Positions 19,512-29,392 of a stretch of 64,000 nucleotides of DNA are shown here, one piece after another. Where the stretch lies: positions 32,001-96,000 of the IMG/VR virus record IMGVR_UViG_3300017917_003446, one strand, 5' to 3'. Position 1 is the stretch's first letter, and each line of letters starts with the position of its first letter. Origin of the DNA: a virus. The translations under genes were made by a program, and so were the position numbers. The notes under the pieces were generated by a model. That model searched no databases. It was given only the letters and a program-made list of their open reading frames with translations, and had not been told where the DNA came from.

Positions 19512-20780
19512 ATGATAAATTATAGTTTTAGTATTATAACGCCAACACATAGTCCTAAAAATATTCCATTCTTACTAGAATTATATGATAGTTTAAAAGA
19601 ACAAACTTATTCTAATTGGGAATGGGTGCTGTTACTTAATGGTGATTTTTTTAATTTTCTAGTACCACCTAAAATTTTAAATGATTCACAAGTAAAAGTT
19701 TTTAGAACAAATAGTGAAAATAACAATATTGGTTTAGTGAAAAATTTAGCTTTTGGACAAGCAATAAATGATATACTAGTTGAAGTAGATCATGATGATA
19801 TATTAACTGATAATTGTCTATTAGAATTAAATTTAGCTTTTCAGGATCAAAGTGTAGGATTCGTTTATAGTGATGATGCTATTTTACATCATCAAAATAA
19901 CTTTATCCCTTATGATCCAGCATATGGTTGGACATACAGAAATTTTCATTGGAAAAATAAAGATCTAATTTCAATGAATAGTTTTGAACCGTCAAGTCAA
20001 AGCCTTTCCTTTATTTGGTTCGCGCCTGATCACGTAAGAGCTTGGCGAAAAGAAATTTATAATAGTATAGGCGGACATAATAAATCTTTATCAATTTGTG
20101 ATGATCATGATATCATGATAAGAACATATCTACATACTAAATTTTTTAAAATTAATAAACCTCTTTACATATATAGAATAACGGGTGATAATACTTCAAT
20201 AGATCACAAAAATGCAGAAATACAAATTGAAACAAGAAAAATATTCAATGAATATGCAGTAGCTCTAGCAGAAAAAGATGCTAAAGAAAAAAATTTATTA
20301 ATGATAGACTTAGGTGGAGGAATTAATGCTAAACCAGGATATACTACTATAGATTTAGAAGATGCAGATATCATAGCAGATTTAAATAATGGGATACCTT
20401 TGCCTGACAACAGTGTTGGAATAATTAATGCTAGCCATGTCTTAGAACATCTAAGAGATCCTATTAAATCTATGAAAGAAATTCATAGAGTATTAGTTCA
20501 CGGAGGATGGGCATTTATTGAAGTACCGAGTACAGACGGTAGAGGAGCATTTCAAGATCCTACTCATGTAAGTTATTGGAATGAAAATAGTTTTTTATAT
20601 TATACTGAAAAAAATATGGCCAGATTTATAAGAAATACTGATATAAGATTTTCCAAATTTAGGTGTGAAACTTTATTCCCTAATGATTGGATGAAAAGTA
20701 TAAATGCAAGCGTTGTTGTAGCATGGCTATGTTGTATCAAAGATGATTCAAAAAGATTTCCGGGAATTTGGAATATATGA
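19512..20780 (+). CDS. GT2 glycosyltransferase fused to class I SAM methyltransferase domain
   Basis: SIITPTH..EVDHDD..CDDHD, then IDLGGG..ASHVLEHL..EIHRVL..GG..DPTHVSYW. Confidence 0.8.
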   Translation: MINYSFSIITPTHSPKNIPFLLELYDSLKEQTYSNWEWVLLLNGDFFNFLVPPKILNDSQVKVFRTNSENNNIGLVKNLAFGQAINDILVEVDHDDILTDNCLLELNLAFQDQSVGFVYSDDAILHHQNNFIPYDPAYGWTYRNFHWKNKDLISMNSFEPSSQSLSFIWFAPDHVRAWRKEIYNSIGGHNKSLSICDDHDIMIRTYLHTKFFKINKPLYIYRITGDNTSIDHKNAEIQIETRKIFNEYAVALAEKDAKEKNLLMIDLGGGINAKPGYTTIDLEDADIIADLNNGIPLPDNSVGIINASHVLEHLRDPIKSMKEIHRVLVHGGWAFIEVPSTDGRGAFQDPTHVSYWNENSFLYYTEKNMARFIRNTDIRFSKFRCETLFPNDWMKSINASVVVAWLCCIKDDSKRFPGIWNI

Positions 20781-21379
20781 AATATAAAATACCACCTTAT
20801 GCTAATAAAAATGAAGGGTTACCTTATGTTGAATGGAAAAATGCTTTTAGTGAGGATGAAATAAAAAAAATAATAAATTTGGGAGAAAATTTACCCCTTA
20901 ATGATGCAGGAATAGTTCCAGATAAAGATAAAACTGTAGTTAATTTAGATTTTAGAAGATCTAAAACATCATGGATTGACCCTAATAATCAAAGTGAATG
21001 GCTTTTTAGAAAAATAGCATTTTTAGTAAGAGAAGTAAATTCTGATTTTTATAGATTTGATATAGATGGTCTATATGAAAGTTTGCAGTATACTATCTAC
21101 AATGCCAGTGATAAAGGACACTATGATTGGCATACAGATATAGGAGTATATGGGTCGGATTCTGTTACTAGAAAAATATCTATGAGTTTACTGCTGACTA
21201 ATCCTGACGAATTTGAAGGAGGTGATCTTGAGATTTGGGGATCTAGATATGTAGTTGCCCCTAAAGAAAAAGGAAATCCGATTTTTTTTCCATCATTTTC
21301 TTTACATAAAGTATCACCTATTACTACTGGTATTCGCAAATCTTTAGTAGTTTGGATAGGTGGTCCAGCATTTAGATAG
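20777..21379 (+). CDS. 2OG-Fe(II) oxygenase (prolyl-4-hydroxylase/PKHD-like)
   Basis: YDWHTD..RKISMSLLL..FEGG.L..FPSF.LHKVSP.T.G.RKSLVVW. Confidence 0.85.
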   Translation: MKYKIPPYANKNEGLPYVEWKNAFSEDEIKKIINLGENLPLNDAGIVPDKDKTVVNLDFRRSKTSWIDPNNQSEWLFRKIAFLVREVNSDFYRFDIDGLYESLQYTIYNASDKGHYDWHTDIGVYGSDSVTRKISMSLLLTNPDEFEGGDLEIWGSRYVVAPKEKGNPIFFPSFSLHKVSPITTGIRKSLVVWIGGPAFR

Positions 21380-21394
21380 CCAAATTAGTACCCT

Positions 21395-21402
21395 TATAAA
21401 TA
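21395..21402 (+). promoter_or_regulatory. T4-type late promoter
   Basis: TATAAATA 19 nt upstream of the ATG at 21421. Confidence 0.75.
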
Positions 21403-21420
21403 TTGCTATAGGGGGAAATT

Positions 21421-21756
21421 ATGGCTGTTACATCTAATCTAGTAATAGATCAAGGTTCCAATTTTAGTATAGTTGTTAGATATTTAGACGATGACGGAAC
21501 TGCAATTGATCTGACAGGGTACCAAGCACGATCTAAAATGCGCAGATCTTATTATTCTGCGAATGCTACCACGTTTGGTGTGGATATTTCAGACCCAACT
21601 AATGGAAATGTTACAATAACATTAGATGCAAATACTACTGCTAATCTTAAAGCAGGTAGATACGTTTATGATGTAGAAGTGGTCGCTAATGCCACTTACA
21701 CTGTTACTAGAATAGTAGAAGGCACCATAACCGTTATGCCTGAGGTTAGTAAATGA
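21421..21756 (+). CDS. Conserved virion structural protein of T4-like phages
   Basis: NLVIDQG..F..DLTGY..MR..G.VT.TL..T..LKAGRYVYDV..RIVEG.ITV.P; late promoter upstream. Confidence 0.65.
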   Translation: MAVTSNLVIDQGSNFSIVVRYLDDDGTAIDLTGYQARSKMRRSYYSANATTFGVDISDPTNGNVTITLDANTTANLKAGRYVYDVEVVANATYTVTRIVEGTITVMPEVSK

Positions 21757-22634
21757 CAGTAATTTTAGCAACCAAACCTAAAGCCGCGCAATTAGTTATT
21801 AATAAGGGCGGTGTTGCTGGTCCTCAAGGCGCACAAGGAGCCCCAGGCGCACAAGGCGCTACTGGTAGTATAGCAGGAATAACTACTGGAGTTATCGCAA
21901 GTACTTATGGTGGCACAGGTAATACTGCAGTGTTCTCTGTTGGTGCTAATGGGCAAATTTTATTTGCCACAAATTCAGCTATTTCAACTAGTTTCACATT
22001 ACAAGGTAACACTGGTTCTGACACTTTTAATACTGGTGATACATTAAGAATAGTAGGCGGTAATGGTATAACTACTGCTGCTACCGATAACACGATATCT
22101 GTAGCATTAACTCAAAATTTAACAGTTAATGGTAGTTTAACTGTAAGTGGTAATCTTTATGTAGAAGGTAACACTACATATCTGAATACAACAACTGCAG
22201 TTATAGAAGATGCACTTATAAAACTAGCAAACAATAATATCGCTGACACTGTCGATATAGGATTTTATGGTCAATATCAAAATGGTGGAGTAAAATATGC
22301 GGGTTTGTATAGAGATGCTGCAGACAACAAGTTTAAGTTATTTACAGGTTTAGAAGTAGATCCATCTGATCCCAATTTAGTAAGTATTCCTGCTGCTGGT
22401 TATACAAGAGGTAAACTTTTAGCTGACGTTGAAGGCGGCACAGTTTCTGAACTAATAAGTCCCATCGCTGTAGAAGATGGCGGTACGGGAGCAGCAGTAT
22501 TTACTTTGAATGGTATTTTATATGGTTTAAGTACAAGTTCTTTAGGATTTGCTACAGGTAGTAATGGTCAAGTTTTACAAATAGGTGATACCGGATCGCC
22601 TGTATTTGCCGTATTAGACGGTGGAGAATATTAA
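21753..22634 (+). CDS. Short fibre/collar-like structural protein
   Basis: Short collagen tract plus a domain shared with the long fibre (ED.LI..VDIGFYG..AGLYRDA.D.KFKLF); ends LDGGEY. Confidence 0.6.
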   Translation: MTVILATKPKAAQLVINKGGVAGPQGAQGAPGAQGATGSIAGITTGVIASTYGGTGNTAVFSVGANGQILFATNSAISTSFTLQGNTGSDTFNTGDTLRIVGGNGITTAATDNTISVALTQNLTVNGSLTVSGNLYVEGNTTYLNTTTAVIEDALIKLANNNIADTVDIGFYGQYQNGGVKYAGLYRDAADNKFKLFTGLEVDPSDPNLVSIPAAGYTRGKLLADVEGGTVSELISPIAVEDGGTGAAVFTLNGILYGLSTSSLGFATGSNGQVLQIGDTGSPVFAVLDGGEY

Positions 22635-23377
22635 TGTCTAATCCAACATCAAGACAGGGATTAATAGATTACTGTCTAAGAAAATTGGGGCATCCCGTTA
22701 TAGAAATAAACGTAGATGATGATCAACTTGAAGATCGTATAGATGAAGCTCTTGGATTTTATAGAGAGTTTCATTATGATGCTGTAGAATTAGTTTATTT
22801 AAAACATCAAATAACACAAACAGATATAGATAATCAATACTTATCTATAAGTGACGCTGTTACAGGTGTTACCAAAATATTTCCTTTTTCTAACAGGACA
22901 ACAGGTATAAACATATTTGATATTAGATATCAAATTCTTATTAATGATCTTTACAGTTTAATGTCTACTGATTTAATCTATTATTCTCAGGTAAGACAAC
23001 ATCTTGAATTAATTAATATGATGCTAATAGGGCAAAAGCCTATACGTTTTAATCGTCATATGAACAGACTATTCATTGATATGGATTGGGAAGAGGATGT
23101 TGATGTAGGAGATTACATAGTTATCGAATGCTATCGAATTCTCGATCCTGATACTTATACAGATGTTTATAATGATAGAATACTTAAAAAATATGCAGCT
23201 GCTTTAATTAAAAGACAATGGGGAGCAAATCTAAAGAAGTTTAGTGGTGTTCAATTACCCGGTGGTGTACAACTTAATGGACAAGTGATATTCGATGAAG
23301 CAATGCAAGAAATAAAAGAAATTGAAGAAGAAACAAGGAATACTTATGAGCTTCCTGTTGATATGTTTGTAGGCTAA
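22634..23377 (+). CDS. gp13: Neck protein gp13
   Basis: P.SRQ.LIDYCLRKLG.PVIEINVDDDQ..KRQWG.NL.KF.GVQLPGGV.LNG; synteny. Confidence 0.92.
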   Translation: MSNPTSRQGLIDYCLRKLGHPVIEINVDDDQLEDRIDEALGFYREFHYDAVELVYLKHQITQTDIDNQYLSISDAVTGVTKIFPFSNRTTGINIFDIRYQILINDLYSLMSTDLIYYSQVRQHLELINMMLIGQKPIRFNRHMNRLFIDMDWEEDVDVGDYIVIECYRILDPDTYTDVYNDRILKKYAAALIKRQWGANLKKFSGVQLPGGVQLNGQVIFDEAMQEIKEIEEETRNTYELPVDMFVG

Positions 23378-23398
23378 TATCATCTAGGCTCATAGAAG

Positions 23399-23427
23399 AG
23401 AATAACACCTTGTCTATACTTTGTCAA
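23399..23427 (-). promoter_or_regulatory. Antisense sigma70-like promoter
   Basis: Minus strand TTGACA-17 nt-TATTCT, with a TG extended -10. Confidence 0.5.
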
Positions 23428-23442
23428 TAGAAAAGAACAACA

Positions 23443-24192
23443 ATGGCAACCAATCATTATTTTCAATCAGGTATACCAATGGGGATTCGGCCAGAAAGCC
23501 ATCTCCACGAAGATCTAATAATTGAGTGCCTAAAAATTTACGGTTTCGATGTTTACTATCTTAATAGAGAATCAGTAAATGAAGATTTAATTCTTAACGA
23601 AGATCCTTTGAATAAATTTACCAGCGCATATCAAATTGAAATGTATTTGGAAAATGTAGATGGATTTGGTGGCGATGGTGATTTGATGACAAAGTTTGGT
23701 TTGGAGCTTAGAGATACTGCCACATTTATAGTATCAAGAAGAAGATGGGATTTGGAAATAGGTAGAAGTGGAAATGCTATTTTATCAAATAGACCATCTG
23801 AAGGCGATCTTATATATTTTCCATTAACTAAATCCTATTTTGAAATTAGAAAAGTTGTAGCAACTAATCCGTTTTTCCAAGTGGGACAATTGTATGTCTT
23901 TAAACTAGAATGTGAATTATATCAATACAGTTCTGAAGAAATTAGTACTCAAGATTCTACTATAGATGATAACATTACAGAACATTCATTGAATATTAGT
24001 GATTATGAAATTTTGTTAGAAGATGGTTCAAATTTACTATTAGAATACGAAGTACATTCCTCACTAATAAGAGAAGAATATAATTTAAGAGTAATAGATG
24101 TAATATCTGACAATGAAAACTTTGAAACTAATATATCAGATATTTTAGACTTTACTGAACGTAATCCTTTTGGTGAGGTCCATAATGCTTGA
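23443..24192 (+). CDS. gp14: Neck protein gp14
   Basis: LIIE.LKIYG.DVYY..IEMY.ENV.GF.G..KFG..RP.EGDLIYFP..DFTE.NPFG. Confidence 0.92.
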   Translation: MATNHYFQSGIPMGIRPESHLHEDLIIECLKIYGFDVYYLNRESVNEDLILNEDPLNKFTSAYQIEMYLENVDGFGGDGDLMTKFGLELRDTATFIVSRRRWDLEIGRSGNAILSNRPSEGDLIYFPLTKSYFEIRKVVATNPFFQVGQLYVFKLECELYQYSSEEISTQDSTIDDNITEHSLNISDYEILLEDGSNLLLEYEVHSSLIREEYNLRVIDVISDNENFETNISDILDFTERNPFGEVHNA

Positions 24193-24934
24193 TAAATTTT
24201 ATCATAGTACAATTCGTAAATCCATTATAGCTTTTGGTAATATGTTTAATAATATTACCATAGATAGAAAAAATTCTAGTGGTGCTGTAGTACAATCGTT
24301 AAGAATACCTTTAGCATATGCCCCAAGACAAAAATTCTTAGCAAGAATAGCACAACAACCTGTAGTAGAGGAAACTAGTCAACAAGTAATATTGCCTAGA
24401 ATGTCATTTGAAATGACTGGTATAATGTATGATCCTCAAAGACGAATTAGTTTGGTGCAGCAAAACAGATCATTAAATACTTCAACTACATCTTTGAATG
24501 CTCAGTATGCGCCTACTCCTTATAATATGAATTTGAGTTTATACATTTATTCTAAAAATCAAGATGATGCTTTACAAATTGTAGAACAAATACTGCCATA
24601 CTTTAATCCAGATTATAATTTATCCTTTAAAGCTATTCCTTCCATGGGAATAACACATGATTTACCGATACTTTTAGAAAATATAACTTATGAAGATGAT
24701 TATGAAGGAGATCTAAGTACAAGAAGATCTATTATATGGACTTTAAATTTTGTAATGAAACTAAACTTCTATGGACCAATCAATAGACAAGGTATCATTA
24801 GAAGAGTGGATGTGGACACATATTCCGACGCAGAATTATCAAAACGAATTAACCAATACGATGTAACGGCATCTCCAAGTACAGCGGTACCAGGAGATAC
24901 AATAGATTTTGTTGAAAATTTTGAGGACTTCTGA
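24185..24934 (+). CDS. gp15: Tail sheath stabilizer/terminator gp15
   Basis: FYH.TIRK.I.AFG.MFN..PLAYAP.QKF..LPRMSFE..QIVEQILPYF.P. Confidence 0.92.
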   Translation: MLDKFYHSTIRKSIIAFGNMFNNITIDRKNSSGAVVQSLRIPLAYAPRQKFLARIAQQPVVEETSQQVILPRMSFEMTGIMYDPQRRISLVQQNRSLNTSTTSLNAQYAPTPYNMNLSLYIYSKNQDDALQIVEQILPYFNPDYNLSFKAIPSMGITHDLPILLENITYEDDYEGDLSTRRSIIWTLNFVMKLNFYGPINRQGIIRRVDVDTYSDAELSKRINQYDVTASPSTAVPGDTIDFVENFEDF

Positions 24935-25347
24935 TGAAGAATATGGAAAATTTAAATGCTCTATTTAATATAGAGCCGACTCAAACCACGGCTTTAGTAT
25001 TGCCTTCTTCAAATAGAGAAGATGATAAGGATGATGACTATCAACTAGCAAGACAAACACTTCGCAAATTAATTATTAAAGGTGAAGATACTTTAGACGA
25101 GATGATTAATCTTGCTAAAAATTCAGAGCATCCAAGAACATATGAAGTTGCTGGACAACTAATTAAAACTATGTCAGATGTTGCTAAAGATTTATTATCT
25201 TTACAGAAGCAAATTAAAGATATAGACACACCTTCAAAGAATCAAGGGCAGATAGGTAATCAAACAAATAATGTTTTTGTTGGTTCTACAGACGAATTGC
25301 TTAAGTTGTTAAAGAAAGAAGACGGCAAAACAATTGAGCAACGATAA
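24934..25347 (+). CDS. gp16: Terminase small subunit gp16
   Basis: DDY..AR..L..SEHPR.YEVAGQLIK..NNVFVGST.EL. Confidence 0.9.
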   Translation: MKNMENLNALFNIEPTQTTALVLPSSNREDDKDDDYQLARQTLRKLIIKGEDTLDEMINLAKNSEHPRTYEVAGQLIKTMSDVAKDLLSLQKQIKDIDTPSKNQGQIGNQTNNVFVGSTDELLKLLKKEDGKTIEQR

Positions 25348-27040
25348 TCACTCATATAACGGCAATCCAAATTTAAAGCCTATTGATTATGCTTTAAATT
25401 ATACAATGGATCAGGTAAAGGAGATACTAAAATGCTCCGGTGATCCTATCTATTTCATAGAAAATTATTGTCATATAGTATCATTAGATCAAGGCCTTGT
25501 TCTTTTTAAACTATACGATTGCCAAAAAGAGAAAGTAGATACTATTCTCAATAATCGTAAAGTGATTCTAATGGAAGGCAGGCAACAAGGCAAGACAATA
25601 ACAGCTGCTGCTTGTATCTTATGGTATACATTGTTTCAATCAAGTAAAACTGTAGCTATCCTAGCTAATAAATCATCGTCTGCCAGGGAAGTGTTGCATC
25701 GTTATCAAATAATGTATGAACATTTACCTATATGGATGCAACAAGGCGTAAAGACTTGGAATAAGGGGGATGTTGAACTTGAAAATGGATCAAGAATAAT
25801 TACTGCAGCTACAAGTTCTTCTGGTATTCGTGGTAAATCTGTGAACTGGTTATACATAGATGAGGCTGCTATTATTCCTAATACTGTTGCTGAGGATTTC
25901 TTCACATCTGTTTATCCGACGATATCAGCAGGTGAAACTACCAAAATTCTTTTAACATCTACTCCTTTGGGTTATAATCATTTTTGGAAGTTTTGGAATG
26001 AAGCAGAACAAGGCAGAAACGGATTTACGCCTTTGTTTATTCCATACAGTAGAATACCTGGTAGAACTGAGAAATGGGCTGAAGAACAAAAAGCTATGTT
26101 AGGTGAACTTAAGTTTAATCAGGAAGTTTTATGTAGATTCTTAGGTTCATCGAATACTTTAATAGCTCCAGACATTATTGGTAGAATGTCCGCTTTACCC
26201 TATATCCATTCTAAAGATGGTCTTGATATTATAGAAGAACCAATACGAACAGTAAAAGATCGTGAGGGCAAATTGGTACATAAAGGTCATATCTATATCA
26301 TTATAGCAGACACATCTAGAGGAGTTGGTGGAGATTACTCAGCATTTACTGTTATCGACATCACAGAATATCCATATAAAATAGTAGCAAAGTATAGAGA
26401 TAATAATATAAACCCATTATTGTATCCCACGGTCATTGCTAAGGTGGGTAATGATTACAACAAAGCATATGTACTAGTAGAGATTAATGATAACGGACAA
26501 CAAATTGCTAACACTATGTATATGGATTTAGAATATGAAAATGTATTAGCTGTAGGATATGATGGTAAAAACGGACAATACTTATCAGCAGGATTTAAAT
26601 CTAATACTACACTAGGTATAAGAACAACAAAACAAGTGAAACGACTAGGTTGTGCTTTGTTCAAGGGTTTAGTTGAAAACAATAAGTTGTTAATTCATGA
26701 TGCAGATATAATTTCAGAAATTTCTACATTTATAGAGTCCAAAGGTACGTATGCTGCAGACTTGGGGTATCATGATGATCTTGTAATGACATTGGTATTG
26801 TTTGCTTGGGTCACTAACGAACTTTACTTCAAGGATATGACTAATAGTGATCTGAGATTAGAATTATATGAAAATCAAATAAGAGATATAGAAGATGAAT
26901 TGACACCCTTCGGATTTGTAGATGACGGTATAGATGATCTGGCACCTGAATTAGATAAATTCGGAGGCGATCTATGGTTTCATAAAGACTTAAATGCTGA
27001 AATGGAAAAACTAAAACATAAATGGTTAGATAAAGTCTAA
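25334..27040 (+). CDS. gp17: Terminase large subunit gp17
   Basis: YNGNPNLK, RQQGKT (Walker A), YIDEAA (Walker B), STPLG, nuclease D..GDYSA and HDDLVM motifs. Confidence 0.95.
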   Translation: MSNDNHSYNGNPNLKPIDYALNYTMDQVKEILKCSGDPIYFIENYCHIVSLDQGLVLFKLYDCQKEKVDTILNNRKVILMEGRQQGKTITAAACILWYTLFQSSKTVAILANKSSSAREVLHRYQIMYEHLPIWMQQGVKTWNKGDVELENGSRIITAATSSSGIRGKSVNWLYIDEAAIIPNTVAEDFFTSVYPTISAGETTKILLTSTPLGYNHFWKFWNEAEQGRNGFTPLFIPYSRIPGRTEKWAEEQKAMLGELKFNQEVLCRFLGSSNTLIAPDIIGRMSALPYIHSKDGLDIIEEPIRTVKDREGKLVHKGHIYIIIADTSRGVGGDYSAFTVIDITEYPYKIVAKYRDNNINPLLYPTVIAKVGNDYNKAYVLVEINDNGQQIANTMYMDLEYENVLAVGYDGKNGQYLSAGFKSNTTLGIRTTKQVKRLGCALFKGLVENNKLLIHDADIISEISTFIESKGTYAADLGYHDDLVMTLVLFAWVTNELYFKDMTNSDLRLELYENQIRDIEDELTPFGFVDDGIDDLAPELDKFGGDLWFHKDLNAEMEKLKHKWLDKV

Positions 27041-27051
27041 AACCATTTATT

Positions 27052-27059
27052 TATAAATA
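27052..27059 (+). promoter_or_regulatory. T4-type late promoter
   Basis: TATAAATA upstream of gp18. Confidence 0.8.
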
Positions 27060-27109
27060 AATAGTAATTTAGTTTGGCATGAAAAGTTAAAATATACAAG
27101 GAGAACAAG

Positions 27110-28795
27110 ATGGCATTTCAGCTTTCACCAGGCGTGCTAGTAACTGAAAAGGACCTTACATCGATCGTCCCAACAGTTTCTACTACTGCTGGCGCATTCG
27201 CTGGCGCCTTTCAATGGGGTCCTGTAGACGAGGTTACATCTATTGATTCTGAAAATAGATTGGTGGAAGTATTTGGAAAGCCAAATGATACCACATTTCA
27301 ATCATTCTTTACAGCAGCAAATTTTTTATCTTATGGTAACAACCTACAAGTTATCCGTGTTGTAAACAAGGCAACAGCTAAAAACGCTATATCAAATACA
27401 TTAGGCGCAGCGCAATTAATTACCAATGAAGATAGTTACGTCGCTACTTATGCTTCAGGTAATGTTTCTTTGGGTGTTGCTATAGCAAAATATCCCGGTA
27501 CACTTGGAAATTCTTTAAAAATATCTGTTGCAGACGGCGCAACTTATTCTGGCTGGAATTATGCTACAAATTTTGATTCTGCTCCTAGTACATCCACTTT
27601 TGTCTCGGCAGCAGGTGGTAGACATGACGAAGTACATGTTATAGTTATAGATGAAGATGGGGTTTGGACCGGCACAGCTGGAACTGTTCTCGAAAAATTC
27701 CCTAACGTATCTAAAGCATCAGATGCTAAGAAATTTGATGGATCTACTAATTATTACAAGAATGTTTTAAATAATAGTTCTAAATACGTATGGTGGGGTT
27801 CACATCCAACTGATCTTACTAGTAATAACTGGGGGTCAGCATCCACAACGACATTTGGTAATTTAAATGCAAATGTTCAAGTTTCGCTTGCTAGTGGCGT
27901 ATCCGCTGATTCCTTAACAGATGGTAATTTAATGTCTGCCTATGCGGAATTTGCTAATGACGAATTGTATGATGTAAGTTTAGTTCCATTAGGTAATGTA
28001 AGCACCACTGTAGCAACTTATGTAATTAATAATGTTTGCGAAATAAGAAAAGATTGTATAGCTTTTGTTTCTCCTGACCAGTCCCAAGTAGTAGGTATTA
28101 CAAGCAATTCTACACAAACTACAAATATCACAGGATATAGAGATTCCTTACCATCAAGCTCGTATGGAGTAATGGATTCAGGATTTAAGTATCAGTTTGA
28201 TCGTTACAACGATGTTTATCGTTGGGTCCCAGCAAACGGCGATACAGCAGGTACAGTTGTGAGAACAGATTTTACAACAGATCCTTGGTTCTCTCCTGCA
28301 GGCTTCAATAGAGGCCAAATTAAGAATGTTGTTAAATTGGCATACTCACCAAGACAAACAGATAGAGATACTCTGTATAAGAAAGGTGTAAATCCAATTG
28401 TAACATTCCCAGGACAAGGCACAGTATTATTTGGTGATAAAACACTATTATCTAAGCCTAGCGCTTTTGACAGAATCAATGTTCGTAGATTGTTTATTGT
28501 TCTAGAGAAGGCTATAGCAACTGCTGCCAAGTTCCAGTTGTTTGAGTTTAACGACGCCTTCACACGTGCGCAGTTTCGTAATTTAGTTGAACCTTTCCTT
28601 AGAGATGTTCAAGGTCGCAGAGGTATTACAGACTTTAAAGTAGTTTGCGACGAAACTAATAATACAGGTGAGGTGATTGATAGAAACGAATTTGTTGCAG
28701 ACATTTTTATTAAGCCTGCACGTTCTATTAACTTTATTCAACTTAACTTTATTGCGACACGAAGCGGTATTAGTTTTGAAGAAGTTGGCGCATAA
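27110..28795 (+). CDS. gp18: Tail sheath protein gp18
   Basis: FQLSPGV..E.DLT; PWFSPAG.NRG; SAFDRINVRRLF; KPARSINFI.LNF. Confidence 0.96.
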   Translation: MAFQLSPGVLVTEKDLTSIVPTVSTTAGAFAGAFQWGPVDEVTSIDSENRLVEVFGKPNDTTFQSFFTAANFLSYGNNLQVIRVVNKATAKNAISNTLGAAQLITNEDSYVATYASGNVSLGVAIAKYPGTLGNSLKISVADGATYSGWNYATNFDSAPSTSTFVSAAGGRHDEVHVIVIDEDGVWTGTAGTVLEKFPNVSKASDAKKFDGSTNYYKNVLNNSSKYVWWGSHPTDLTSNNWGSASTTTFGNLNANVQVSLASGVSADSLTDGNLMSAYAEFANDELYDVSLVPLGNVSTTVATYVINNVCEIRKDCIAFVSPDQSQVVGITSNSTQTTNITGYRDSLPSSSYGVMDSGFKYQFDRYNDVYRWVPANGDTAGTVVRTDFTTDPWFSPAGFNRGQIKNVVKLAYSPRQTDRDTLYKKGVNPIVTFPGQGTVLFGDKTLLSKPSAFDRINVRRLFIVLEKAIATAAKFQLFEFNDAFTRAQFRNLVEPFLRDVQGRRGITDFKVVCDETNNTGEVIDRNEFVADIFIKPARSINFIQLNFIATRSGISFEEVGA

Positions 28796-28812
28796 TAAAG
28801 GGAGAAGAATAA

Positions 28813-29376
28813 ATGTCAACAACATTTAATGTTAATCAGTTTAAAGCAGCACTAGTTAATGGTGGTGCTCGCCCTAATCAGTTTGCTGTCCAACTTAGTT
28901 TTCCAACTTATGTTACCGGACAAGCAAATGCTGTTAGACGTGCACCATTTTTAGTTAACATTGCTGAGTTACCAGGTCAGACTGTAAATCCTGCAATTGT
29001 TCTTTACAGAGGCAGAGAGGTAAAATTTGCAGGCGATAGAGTTTTCGCACCTTGGACTATTACTGTTCTAAACGATGCAGACATGTCTATTAGAAATTCA
29101 TGTGAGCAGTGGATGAACGGTATGGATGATCTTGTATCAAAGATCGGAAGATTAAATCCTGCAGAATACCAAAGAGATTTGGATATATTCCAATTAGACA
29201 GAAATGGAAATATACTAAAAAGCTATAAATTAGTTAGTGCGTTTCCAATAGATGTTTCTCCTGTAGGATTAGATTTTGGCGCCAATGATACCATTTCATC
29301 ATTTTCAGTAACATGGCAGTACCAGCATTTTACGACTTCGCAAAATACTGGTTCTTCATTTGCTTTACCATTTTAA
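28813..29376 (+). CDS. gp19: Tail tube protein gp19
   Basis: GGARPNQF..RGRE.KFAGDR.F.PWT.TV.ND. Confidence 0.93.
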   Translation: MSTTFNVNQFKAALVNGGARPNQFAVQLSFPTYVTGQANAVRRAPFLVNIAELPGQTVNPAIVLYRGREVKFAGDRVFAPWTITVLNDADMSIRNSCEQWMNGMDDLVSKIGRLNPAEYQRDLDIFQLDRNGNILKSYKLVSAFPIDVSPVGLDFGANDTISSFSVTWQYQHFTTSQNTGSSFALPF

Positions 29377-29392
29377 TAGTTGAATTTATAAT

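Noticed and set aside
25334-27040. Possible intron or intein in terminase and other core genes
   Set aside because: Core ORFs are uninterrupted and of normal length, with no intein or homing-endonuclease motifs seen.
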